Assembly (NCBI GenBank): GCA_002269645.1
Contig: NIVC01003046.1
Span: forward strand, 1-64,000
Source: Macrostomum lignano
Lineage: Eukaryota
DNA length: 64,000 bases
Direction: 5' to 3'
Numbering within the stretch: the stretch's first letter is position 1; each line of letters opens with the position of its first letter. Under the pieces are notes generated by a model. The model worked only from the letters and a program-made list of their open reading frames with translations, had not been told where the DNA came from and did not search any database. Positions 1 to 12,300 of this stretch are shown here, one piece after another. Both the position numbers and the translations under genes were made by a program.

Positions 1-641
1 GAAAAGTTTTGGCTATCAGAGAATATAAATATTAGTTATTTTCATAAAAATTCCAATCTATATTAATATTAGGAATTTGGTCCATTTTTTACAATAATCC
101 ATAGTCCCAAGTATGCACAATGCATATGCACCAGTTTTTTTTGCTTTGCATACTACACATAGGAAGGTTGGATTAAATCCACTAAGTATGCGCCAATAAA
201 TCCTAAGAAGAAGGTTGCAAGTTGAGGCACTGCAACAATCAATCTCTTTAAAACATGTACTAGGTTTCCCTAAAACATATATTATAATGCTAGCAGCCTT
301 ACACTTTAAAACAAATTGGACTATAAATTAAGACATCACAAAAGTTTTTTCTGTTACACTTTACTTTACTTTGTTAAAATCAGAATAAAACTGGCAGACA
401 TCTATCCTGATTAGAGCATTTTAGGAACTAGGGATTTGCGGAAATATCATTTAAAACATTCTCTTAGTAATTTATAAATGAAATAGACCATTTTGGCAAT
501 TTTGCTAAGTCTAAGCCACTTATTTTGCTTTTTTTCTTCAAAAAACCTTATTTTTGTTTCTCATAAATCATCAAAATGGGGGGGGATATATCCTATATCC
601 CTCCCTAGCTATACTACTAGTTCTTTATATTTAGGAAAGGC

Positions 642-3600
642 CACAGAAACTATAATAGCTAGATAGGCCACTTAAGGCAAATGTCCTTAGTTTTTTATTT
701 TTCTACTTTTAGTTCAATAGCAAATAAAGAATTCATTAGCTATATTATGTATAACAACAGTTTATATGGCTGGTATAGTTTACAAGTGGAGCATGCAGAC
801 ATGCAAACAACTTAATTGGTTCAGCTAAATGTACATTGGCTAATGCCACTAAAATGTATGAATATATAGCAATCAACAAGAGAGCACTTGGTGAGGAAAT
901 AAAAAGGGTGGGGGTTAACTGTAAAGGTAATATCTATATAGGCATGCAAAATTAGAGTGGGGGGGTATAAGGGTCGCTATATAAGCAAATAGGAAGTGAG
1001 GAAAGAATTAAGATAAGATCTCAATCATCTAGCTTATTGGCCACCACAGATACTATAAACTGACTAGATTTAGCAAATACAAGACAAGCTCTGTTTGTTT
1101 TCTCGACTTAAAGTGCCTGCTTTACTTTATTAATATAAGATATCATATAGATTTCTTCATTAAAAATGAAAAAAAAATTAAGATAAAATTCAGAGTAGTA
1201 TAAGCAGCAGTTTCTTGATTCCCGTGGAATACGATGGTCAAAAAAATTCCAAATCCATCTAGCTACACTACAAGAGCCTAGCTGCCTACCAAATGTTGAG
1301 CAACAAGTGAAGTTTCTACTTCTATCTAAGATATTGTTGAAGCAGTCAACCTGCCAGTTCTTTTCATCCCCTGGAGTCTGCCAGAAAACAATCAAACTGT
1401 TGCATGAAAAGCTTGCTAATGACCCCAAGCCATAGCAACTAGCAACCCTTTGCTTGGATCGCATGAGTTTATTAGCTAGCATCTGCTACAACCACCATGG
1501 TGACTAAGTTGTAGGCTATGACCTTGCTAATGACCTTGAGCAAAATCTTCAAAGATCCATAAACAAAGCAGTTGTTGCTATTCTTAGTGGAATCTGGAGC
1601 AACTGGAAGCAACTAATTGCATACTATCAAGTACATAGAACCTTTGGTCAGCTTCAATTCAAGTCTGCAATAGACGAGTGCCTTTGCTCTGCAAAAGGCC
1701 TATCCCAAACTGGTGAGTTGAGTACTTAAATGATATAATGCCTTATAAAAATTAAAACAAAGTTTGAAAATATAAAATAATTTATTTTGTACTAAAATTC
1801 TATTGCTATTGTTTTGATTTGAAACTTCAAGTCTTCAAAAAAATCAGTTTGTGCTAGTAAACATTTTGTTTATTTAAGGCCTTGGAACTTTTTATTTGTT
1901 TAGGTAACTCCTACAGCTCCATTTCTAAACTATCCTGTGACACAAAAACCCATATTTGTGATCATCAATCCCACACTGCCTAAAGAATGTGTGCAATACC
2001 CTCATTAAGAACAACATCATTTTGATAGAGACAAGCAAGCAAGATGGCAAGACTTTGGTCAACTTCTACAAAAGGGACAGCAGCTGATCATTTAGACTGG
2101 CGAGTTAGCTGAGTGATGCACACTTCAACCTCCAATTGGGCCAGAAAATGAAAGTCTACCTAGCCACTCTGATCTTTAGTCACTTGGTTGCTAGCAAAAT
2201 CAAGACACTAGTGCATCAGGAACTGCCTATTGAATATTGATGCCTTGCAGATAGCAGATTTTGTGCAGAGAGTTAATGATGCATTCAACTTGTTGAATTT
2301 TATGCACATTTTTGACAAAGAATTTAAGCAGCCAATCATATCAAATTTGCTTGAAGAAAAGATTGTCAAGTTGCGCAGCATCAAAGCCTTCATTGGAAGC
2401 TGGCAGTTCCTTCCTAGTAGCAGGAAATCAATAAAGGTCACTATTAAATTCAAAGAGGCATTGATTCTGTCAACTTCTGCAATATGGCAGCTAAGCATAG
2501 TGTTGATTTAAGATGAGCACAACAAGTTCTTGTGCATGCAAAGACTAACACAGGATCATGTTAAGGTGAGTTACCTCAATTTTTTAAATCAAACATTTTA
2601 TAAATTGTATAATCACAAATACAAAAAGAAATTTTATTTATAGCTATAATATGTACTTCAAATATACCATATTATTATAGTAAATTATTAGTTATAAAAA
2701 TATTCATTGAGTATGAATATAAATATCTTAAGTTGTAAATTTTATTTAAAGTAAAATACATGTAAAAAACTTGAATTGCAGAATCTATTCTGCATCATCC
2801 GTGGCCACAATGGCTTTAACAAAAAGCCTGAGATTTCAATGTTTGTTGGGGCACTGCAATCTGTAGCTGCCAATAGATAACTGCATCTATCTATCTGTAG
2901 CTACAATCTGTCCCAGCCAGATCTAGATCTAGATCCAGAGCCAGAAACTACAAAGACAACAGCTATGTAGATGCAATCATAGCAGACTATGCAGCCATTA
3001 AACTCAGCACGACTAGCACATCTGCAACAAGTGATTTAAAGGCTGATGATTGGAGCAATGTGACTATTTCCAAAGTCTTAATACAAGAGCAGCCAGCTGA
3101 TGATTCAGTTCTAGAAGAAACAACTGAGTACATAGATGGCTTTATGCTCAATAAGAGTGGCATTCTAGAATGCCAGAGCTGCAAGTTGGTTTTGACTGTT
3201 ACAAATCCTACTAGAATGCATCTACAGCATAAGATGCTCTTATATAGTCAGTGGTCTAAAACTGCCTTTGCCAACTACATTGCAAAGCTTTAACAAAATG
3301 GAAGCCATCTTCAGTGCTCAATCAGCAGCCTTCATTGTGTAGCCAAAAGTTGTATTCCAAGTAAAACAAATTTTCTTTGATCTGGAATTTCCTTCCTAGC
3401 TTGTAAAATGCATTTCCAACAAGTGCAAGACCATTTATTTAAAGCATTTTTATGTCTGCATTTACACCATTAGTGCCATGGTAGAATGCCCCTAGATGTC
3501 TATTCTAAGTACTCTGCATTGCAAAAAGTCAAGAAATTTAACTAGATATTTGCATTAACTATACTTTTTACATCAATGGTTTGCTGCTATTTTGGAATTT

Positions 3601-3978
3601 GGTCCCAAATTTTGTTGACAAAATTTGCCTTGTAAGACAAATTTTGATACTGTTTATTATTTTTTTAGCCAGTGTCTATTTTGTACTTCATATGACTTTT
3701 ATCATCTAATTTTATAATAAAATGTATCTTTGAATTGCTCATTTTTGTACATTTACTTTTGTTTGTGATATGCATTTTACTCATAATGGCAATGTAAAAT
3801 ATCATTCTCATCCTCTTTTAAAAAAGTTAATTTATTTGCATAACATTACAATATTTTTATTTACCAAGATTATACATTTTATGGAAAAAATCAATAAATT
3901 ATTTGTATTTCTAATGAACTAAAATTAGAGTGCTAGCATATGTGTTAAGTGGCCTATCTAGTTATTATAGTATCTGTA
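642..3978 (+). mobile_element. Decayed P-element-superfamily DNA transposon, full length with TIRs and TSD
   Basis: TIRs of about 33 bp (CACAGAAACTATAATAGCTAGATAGGCCACTTAA at 642-675; inverted copy at 3945-3978) and identical 8-bp flanks GGAAAGGC (634-641, 3979-3986). Transposase-like fragments: AILSGIWSNWKQLIAYY (about 1575-1630), ADFVQRVNDAFNLLN (ORF 2230), LCMQRLTQDHVK | NLFCIIRGHNGFNKKP (split by a GTGAGT...CAG intron, about 2566-2781). Many stops. Confidence 0.88.
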
Positions 3979-4373
3979 GGAAAGGCCCATAGTCTTGTAG
4001 ATTTCTTTTTTTGGTGAAAATTCCTGTGTGGATGGCCCTATAAATATTTGCATTACGCATAGCTTGGCCAAGATCCATTTTCACTAACATATAGCCATGT
4101 GCTTAGTGCAAACAGCAAATTGTATGCTGCTACATGGCGTTGGCATGTAGCATAAAGCATGTGATGTTGCTCATAAATCATTTTTACTCTAATTGAATTT
4201 ATAATCACAACCAAATAGAAAATCAATCAAGCAGAATTAATACTCTCGTTAATGTAGGTGAGTTGTTTGTTCAGTAATAAAAGAAGTATTTTTCTGTATG
4301 TTTAAAATTTGTTTTATAAAAATTTAAGATGTAGTAGATAAAATTTTCTTTGTTTTGTTTAACTGTTTACTTA

Positions 4374-5710
4374 TGAGGTATGTCAGAAAAGTTCCAGGAC
4401 TGAGCCTACAGCTTGGCTTCTGGGTGCACTATGAATTAGCGGTTTGTGGTAGGCTTTAGCAGCATATAACAAGTGCTTTGTCCTGCAATATCAGCTAATC
4501 AACATTTTTATGCAAACTTGTGCTAGGATTAAGGTTTGGCAAGTTCTCTAACAACCATTGTGCCATGAGTACCGAGCAATGAATCAATCTGAAGTTCCTT
4601 GTTCGATTGGGGAAATCAGCCTTGGAAGCACTTGAACTGTTGCAGCAAGTGTATGGGGCTGAAGCCATGTCTTGCTCCCGCATTTTTGAATGGCACAAGC
4701 AATTCAAAGAGGGGCGGGAGGAGGTTGAGGATAATGCCAGGAGTGGAAGACCTTCAATGAGCAGGACGGAAGAAAATGTGGAGCGAGTGGCGAGGTTGCT
4801 TCGTAGCGACCATCGGCTGACTGTTCGCTTGATTGCAGACAAGTTGAGCTTGAATCATGACAATGTTCATAAGATTCTGACTGAGGATCTGGGGATGCAC
4901 AAGATTTGTGCCAAGATGGTTCCAAAGTTGCTGAGCGAGGACCAGAAGGAACGACGACTGCAGGTGTGCCAGGACATCCTTGAACACATTGAAGCTGATC
5001 CAAGCTTATTGCACAGAGTGATTACCGGTGATGAGTCGTGGATTTTTTAGTACGACCCGGAGACCAAGCGGCAGAGTGGTGAATGGCAGCGACCAGGATC
5101 ACCAAGACCAGTGAAGGCGCGACAATCAAGGTCGAAGGTCAAGCTTATGCTCATTGCATTCTTTGATGTCAAAGGCATTGTGCACATAGAGTTCCTGCCC
5201 AAAGGTCACACCATCAATCAGCATGTGTACAAGGAGATTCTGCAGCGGCTGCTTTGCTCAGTGCAAGACAAGAGACATGATTTGTGGGAGGCCAAGTCAT
5301 GGTTCCTTCATCAGGACAATGCACCATCTCACAATGCTCTTAATGTCAGGGAGTATCTGGCGGATAGGAATGTCACAGTGCTGGACCAGCCTCTATACTC
5401 ACCAGTGCTGGACCAGCCTCTATACTCACCAGATCTGGCTCTATGTGATTTTTTCCTATTTCCCAAGCTCAAGGAAGTCCTCAAAGGTACTTGATTTCCT
5501 GATGTAGATGCCATCAGAAGGGCCACGACGACGCAACTGCGGAGCATTCCCAAAGAAGCTTTCCAGAGCTGCATGGATGCCTGGCAGAGACGGATGGACA
5601 AGTGCGTTCATCTCAGGGGGGATTACTTTGAAGGGGCCAGCTTTGGTTCTGAGTGATTTTTATTAATAAATTTTTTATAAGCACAGTCCCAGAACTTTTC
5701 TGACACACGA
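4374..5710 (+). mobile_element. Tc1/mariner (DD34D) transposon, pseudogenised
   Basis: TA flank; TIRs TGAGGTATGTCAGAAAAGTTCCAGGACTG and CAGTCCCAGAACTTTTCTGACACACG. Motifs TGDESW, HQDNA and YSPDLALCDFFLFP. In-frame stops near 4578, 5048 and 5492. A 27-bp in-frame tandem duplication (VLDQPLYSP twice) spans 5378-5431. Confidence 0.95.
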
Positions 5711-6190
5711 TATATTAAAAAAGTCCATGATGGAGTTCCATAATGCAAGGCAAAAAGTTAGATCTTAGAACTGTTTTTTGTGTATGCACTAATGAAGTCA
5801 ATGGTATTTGAAAGTTTACTCATTGTTCTAGAATGTTAGTCTTGCAGAACAATGTGTTGGATGTATTGTTGTATTTTTAGAAAATGAACTAAAAGAATCC
5901 ACATGATGCAATGCACATGCCATAGTCCAGATCATGCTAGATGCACAATTGAACAAAAATTGAATAATTATAAATGCATTCCAAAAAATGTACTGCATGC
6001 CCATTTTTAAAAATATGCCAATGTTGCAACAATAAATGACCTTTTTACATTGTGATAATGAATGACCTTTTCTAAATTGCATAATAAACCCTTATTAGCA
6101 GATAATTTGGTTGATTTTTATGCTTTTTTAGCGATACTATTTATAGTGGAAAATTACATTGTGATAATTACATTGTCACATACTTATACT

Positions 6191-6271
6191 GGTCCATACT
6201 TATAGACATGGCCGCCATGTCTATAAGTTTCCGCATTATAAGCATGGCTGCCGTGTCTATAAGTATGGACC
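6191..6271. repeat. 81-bp inverted-repeat hairpin / mini-MITE
   Basis: GGTCCATACTTATAGACA(T/C)GGC at both ends in inverted orientation, with the internal palindrome TATAGACATGGCCGCCATGTCTATA. Related degenerate motifs occur at 6280-6400 and 7650-7705. Confidence 0.6.
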
Positions 6272-6692
6272 TAGTCACTATTAGAGACATGGCTGCCGTG
6301 TCAATGAAACTTGCACAGCAGCCGTGATGTTAATATTGAATGGGTTTACACTTAGAGACACAATGGGTGGCCATGTTGTTAATATTGAATAGGTTCACAC
6401 TTAGAGACACAATAGAAAAATAAAATTTTCAGTGTCATTTTCAATGATATTTTCATTTTCATTTTAAATTTTCATTTTCAATAATATTTATTTTTATTAA
6501 AAAGTAATTTAATTTACTTTTTTTAATTAAAAAACATGAAAAGTTCAAGATGGAAAATTTTTTGTTTGTTAAAAAATCAAATTAGGGTCTAAAAAACTCC
6601 AACTACTTGGGATTTGAACCTAGGTACACGCAATCATAAGGAATCAACATATCCACTAAGCCACCACTTGCTTGAGAGAAGGTCCTACAGAA

Positions 6693-7622
6693 TAATGTAT
6701 TGGTTTCCCGACAGACATTCAAACAGACATTCAGAAATCATTCAGTAAATGATTAACAAAATTGTCTATTTATTACGCAAGATACTGTGTATTTATAGAA
6801 ACTTTTATGCATGTCTCTTCTTTAAAAAGACACCTCAGACACACACAAAGATGCTTTACAAGCTGAGATATTCCCTAGCAACTGTTGTTACGACGTTTCC
6901 CAATGTACCGAATATTGTATGTAGTAGTTTTTTGAGAAGCCGCTACATCGTCCCACTTTGGTCTTTCTGCATGAAATTTGCATAGCTGTTTTACGCATGT
7001 CTCTGCTTTAAAAAGACACCTCAGACATACACAAAGACGCTTCACAAGCTGAGATATTCCTTAGCAAATGTTGTCACGACATTTTCTAAAAATACTGAAT
7101 GTATTATTATTACAATATTATTAATATTATTATTGAAATTATTACTATTAATAATGATAATAAGATTATTACGATCGTATTACTGTATTCCTTTTATTAC
7201 TATATAATAATATTACTGTTCTATTATTAACAGTAGAACAGGGAATCCCCCACCCCTGACATAATTTTTTATACGCCAACATGGAGCAACGCGGGCGCAC
7301 GAAATTCAAGAACACGGGCTTACTTTTTGCTATGCAAATTTCATACAGAAAGACCAAAGTGGGACGATGTAGCGGCTTCTCAAAAAACTACTACATACAA
7401 TATTTGGTACATTGGGAAACGTCGTAACAACAGTTGCTAGGGAATATCTCAGCTTGTAAAGCGTCTTTGTGTGTGTCTAAGGTGTCTTTTTAAAGAAGAG
7501 ACATGCATAAAAGTTTCTATAAATACACAGTATCTTGCGTAATAAATAGACAATTTTGTTAATCATTTACTGAACGATTTCTGAATGTCTGTTTGAATGT
7601 TTATCGGGAAACCAATACGTTA
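6693..7622. mobile_element. Foldback-type non-autonomous element with 294-bp inverted arms
   Basis: Arms 6693-6986 and 7329-7622 are near-identical inverted copies around an AT-rich 342-bp loop. CAGAA is directly repeated on both flanks (6688-6692, 7623-7627). Confidence 0.8.
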
Positions 7623-7854
7623 CAGAACACACATTTTATATTGATGATTATAGCCATGCCTATAAGCTCAAATATTATAGACACAGCCACCGTGCCTATA
7701 AGTATTCTGTATATATAATGCTGCTGCATTAAGCACACCAAAAAAACTTTGCCAACTCTTAGATGCAAGTATGCATGTAATAGGCCTACTAGGCTCCCTG
7801 GGACCTTGTTGCATACAAGAATTTCCCCTAAAAACAGCATCTTTGGGAGTAAGG

Positions 7855-8428
7855 CAGGATGGAATTTTTACACAAAAGTTGATACGCATTTGTGTATGCT
7901 TGTCAAATTCGTGCGCACTTGCACACTGAAAAGGAGCCTACTTATATGCTTTTAAAGGAGATGTGTACGCGTTCTATCATATGCACTTGCACAAGAAGCT
8001 GTTTGCTGTAGAATCATAGACAGGATTTGACTTTTACACACATTTAACATGGTTATGTGCCAGGTGGTGTATGTGCACTTAAGTTCTACTTTTCATAGCC
8101 TGGAAGGTTGTTTTTACGCTGGAAAATTTCAAAACAAAAGTAAAACAAAGTATTTTCTTAGGAAAAAACAGTAACTTTAAAGTTTAGTGAAACTCTTATA
8201 ACTTCTAAAGAATATTTTCTTTAAAAAAATATAGTGTACAAGCTACTCTAAACTTAAAGTAAAACTTTTTAATTCATGTTGGCATAGAATTTAAAAACTA
8301 TATTTCATTTTTTAGCGCATGGGCCATGATCTGCATGACTTATTTTTATAGCTAGCGTGTGCGCTTGCGCACTGTTCCAAAAACGTGCACACGTATTTTT
8401 CCTACCCCCAAGCAAGAATTCCATCCTG
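7855..8428. mobile_element. MITE with 12-bp TIRs
   Basis: CAGGATGGAATT at 7855 and AATTCCATCCTG ending at 8428; direct repeat GGGAGTAAGG on both flanks (7845-7854, 8429-8438). Confidence 0.7.
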
Positions 8429-9369
8429 GGGAGTAAGGAAAATAATCAATTTTAGTATTAGGCCTAGTAATAAATAGATCATTTTGCCTTTTGGCAACAA
8501 CTGTTTCAATTAGAAAATTCAATTATTAAAAATTAAAAACAGAACTTCTTACCGATGTCTCTAATTAGGCATTTTCTTCAGTACATAGGCCTACAATCAA
8601 TCACAATACAACTTACCCATTAAAATTCGCATGTGCTTCTTTCCAAAAAGACGGTTAAACAAGGAGCCCAACGTAAGACCCATTGCTAGTCCTAAATTAA
8701 CCTAGTAAACAGCGAGTAATATACAGTGAAAAAAATACCGCTCGATTGGAAAACTGTGCGGCCTATCCTCAGCGTGCGGACAAAATAGTAATTGCTTCTT
8801 TCTGTCTGAAGAATTTTTTGTTCACCGGTTGATGTCATCAAGGTTTAAAAATATTCCCTATAAGAAAAAAACAAAATCAATATATTATTACATTTTAAAA
8901 ATGTTTTCAGTTTTTTTTCAATAAAATTTCTGTAATTAATTTAAAGTGGTTTTTTACTTTACGTAAACTTTTAACATCAGAGAGCACAGTCTCTTTTTTG
9001 AACAGTCATTTCTTTGAACAGTGACATCATGACATGCAGGTCGTTGGCTAGTAACGTGATTGTGATCGGCATTACGTTTCTTTATAACACTTACTCGCTA
9101 AGATAGTAATACTTTTGAAGATTTTGTTGCACTTATTCAATGTGAAATGTTCCACTTGCATTATTGTGTTTTTTGACTCCTTTACTACCAGAGCAGGGCT
9201 TACAATACATTCTTTGCTCCAAATTTTCATTTTCAATTCAGTATTAGCAAACGGTATAAGCCTAAAGGCTAAGGCTGTGTGACTGAATTCAAATTCAAAC
9301 TACAATATTTTTTATTACTTAAGTTCTAGTTTGGGACTTTTTGAATAAATGAATTCTATAGGCATAGCA

Positions 9370-12300
9370 ATGAATGAGCCTGGAAATCGTGATCAATCAA
9401 CTCAGTACAAAGGATGGCTATATAAGTGGACAAACTATCTTAGAGGCTATCAAAAACGTTGGTTTGTCCTTCAAAATGGACTTCTATCGTACTATCGGTA
9501 GGTTTTTAGCATGATTTAATTTATTTACTCTAAAATTAAAAAATTTTGCTTACATTACAATGGTTGGCTACTTGGCTAAGGCTTGAGGCGGAAGGCCTTT
9601 TAGTTCGATAGATGGTATGGCAGCGAAGATTTTGCACTGCTTTGCGCGTATATTTATATTAGTGAAAACAGCGCGAGATTATTGAGGGGCCAAGGGAGGT
9701 GCGCACATGTGGCGTGGCGTGATTGGCTACGCCAACCCCCCTGGCTTAGCGAGCCGGCTAGCGCGGTGCGCCACTACCCCACCTCAGCTAGACAGAGGTT
9801 GGCGGGGGGGTTTCCAGTGCGGCTGCACTGGTGCTGCCGGTCGCGTAGTCTGGCCGCCACACAGCTCCCCCCAGCACCGAGCCAGGCCCCGAACGTCGGG
9901 TGGTAGCAGAGGCAGCGAGAGTGCCGAGAAGCGGGCGCCGAAAGCGGCGGGGGCGCGAAGCGGGCGCCGAAGGCAGCAGAGCGCCGATGGCAGCAGGTCG
10001 CCGAGCGGGCGCCGATGGCAGCAGGTCGCCGAGCGGGCGCCGATGGCAGCAGGTCGCCGAGCGGTCGCCGAGCGGTCGCCGGGCGGGCGCCGAAGGCGGC
10101 AGGGGCTCGAGGCGGGCGCCGAAGGCGGTGGGGCGCCAGGAGGGCGCCGAAGGCAGCAGCAGGGCGCCAGGCGGGCGCCGAAGGCAGCAGCAGGGCGCCA
10201 GGCGGGCGCCGAAGGCAGCAGGGCGCCAGGCGGGCGCCGAAGGCAGCAGGGGCGCGCGGCCGGACCACAGCCGAGGAAATCGACAGTCAGTTGCCGCCGT
10301 GAGCCAGATCGATGCTCCTGCACAGAGGCTGGGGACGTTAGGCTAGCAGCAGCGGTGCTAACCTAGAAGTAGCTGCAGCGTGTGGCGCTGGTTGGTCCAA
10401 CGCGGGGGCAGAAAGGCGAGACCCCAGGAGCTACCGGGGGGCGGGCTGACTGGGCCGATTCGTGCTGCTGGGCTGCGGTGCTGCGGTGCTGCGGTGCTGC
10501 GGTGCTGCTGTGCTGCGGTGCTGCTGGGCTGCGGTGCTGCGGTGCTGCGGTGCTGCTGTGCTGCGGTGCTGCGGTGCTGCTGTGCTGCGGTGCTGCCGTT
10601 GCAGTCGGCCAAGGCGGTTGGCTGCCAGGACCGCACAGGGCCGACCAGGTAGGCCCAGCATTCCGCGCTGGGTGTCGGGCTCACCAATGAGGCGGAAGGC
10701 CTTTTAATTTCTCTAGATGGTATGGCAGCGAAGATTTTGCACTGCTTTGCGCGTATATTTATATTAGTGAAAACAGCGCGAGATTATTGAGGGGCCAAGG
10801 GAGGTGCGCACATGTGGCGTGGCGTGATTGGCTACGCCAACCCCCCTGGCTTAGCGAGCTGGCTAGCGCGGTGCGCCACTACCCCACCTCAGCTAGACAG
10901 AGGTTGGCGGGGGGGTTTCCAGTGCGGCTGCACTGGTGCTGCCGGTCGCGTAGTCTGGCCGCCACAGGCTTAATAATAGGCTAGGCCTAGGCAGTTCTAT
11001 GCTTGGTGACCATGTAAATAGCGAGATGGTTATTTTTATAGTGAACACTTAAAACAGTTCTACTATATAGATCTAAATGAAGTAATGAACTATAGTATAA
11101 GCTAAGTTGGTTTAATTAAAAAATAAAGAAATAAATTATTTATAAATATTTTGATAAAAATTTAAATGTTAACTTTTACCAATAGTTCTTGTTATTGCTT
11201 ATGCTGTTGGCAAGCTAGTTTACTTTAGGTAATTGTTGACTATTAAATTCTAATTTAAACGAATTTTCTTTTATATGACCATAAAAATAGCCATATTGCT
11301 TCCTATATCTAATAACTATAAAAATAATTTTGCTATTTATTTAATTATATTATATAAAGATCATAGGGCATTCCTTTAGTTTAAGATCACCCCAAACAGT
11401 GACAATCACCTTAAACAATGACAATCATCAAAAAAACAATTGTAAGACATAAAATTTATAGTTTCCAATGAAACAAAATCAAATGTTAGCAAACTGACTT
11501 TGTTTATTTCAAAAGATAATAAGATTGTTGTAGCACCTTATATTTCACCTTCAGTTTACAATCATCTAAACATATGTTGCCCATTAAAATGATCAAATGA
11601 ACTGATTGGGAATTTGATATTCACCAATTCAAAAACTGATGTAATATAACACTCATTGTTCTAAGTGAGTGAGTTACATTCTAATATAAATGTACATTTT
11701 GGTTAACATGATTCATGTACATTGTATTGCTTACTTAAGAACCTCAAATACATCATCTCTAACTGGGCCAGTTTAGGCCTGTATATATATTTTTCTCAGC
11801 TTAAACAGCAATCTTCAGACTTAAAAGTGTATAAGGTTGCAGGGTTTTCTTTTTCGCCAGAAACAAGGTGCAAAATTGCATCCTATGCTCATTTTCAGGG
11901 TGAAATTTTAAGGCTTAAAGCATAATTTCTCTTTTTTCTTATTTCAAGGCAATGCAAATAAGGCTTTAGTGGAATAGGTTATGAGACTGTACTTAAACCA
12001 CACCCACTTTTCAATTTCAAGGTGTGATTTTAAAATTTAGGCTAGATATGCATACTCATTGCAAAAAAAATAAACCTAGTTAAGTTGGGACTTTGATTTT
12101 TTTGTTTTTTCATTGATTACATTGGAAACATTTATGTTTGCTGTTTATTTATTTGGCAAAACAACCTGCTTTTGGTGAATTGACTTTTGGTAAATCAACT
12201 TACCACAAATTGACTTGCTACCATCCTAAGTATGCATAATGCATATGAATTTTGCCTTATACACTGCATATGGGACATTTGGACTTTGGATTTAATCTAC

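Noticed and set aside
9682-10707. Cluster of overlapping Arg/Ala/Gly-rich ORFs
   Set aside because: Chance open frames in the very GC-rich repetitive interior of the TRIM-like element; no gag/pol motifs.
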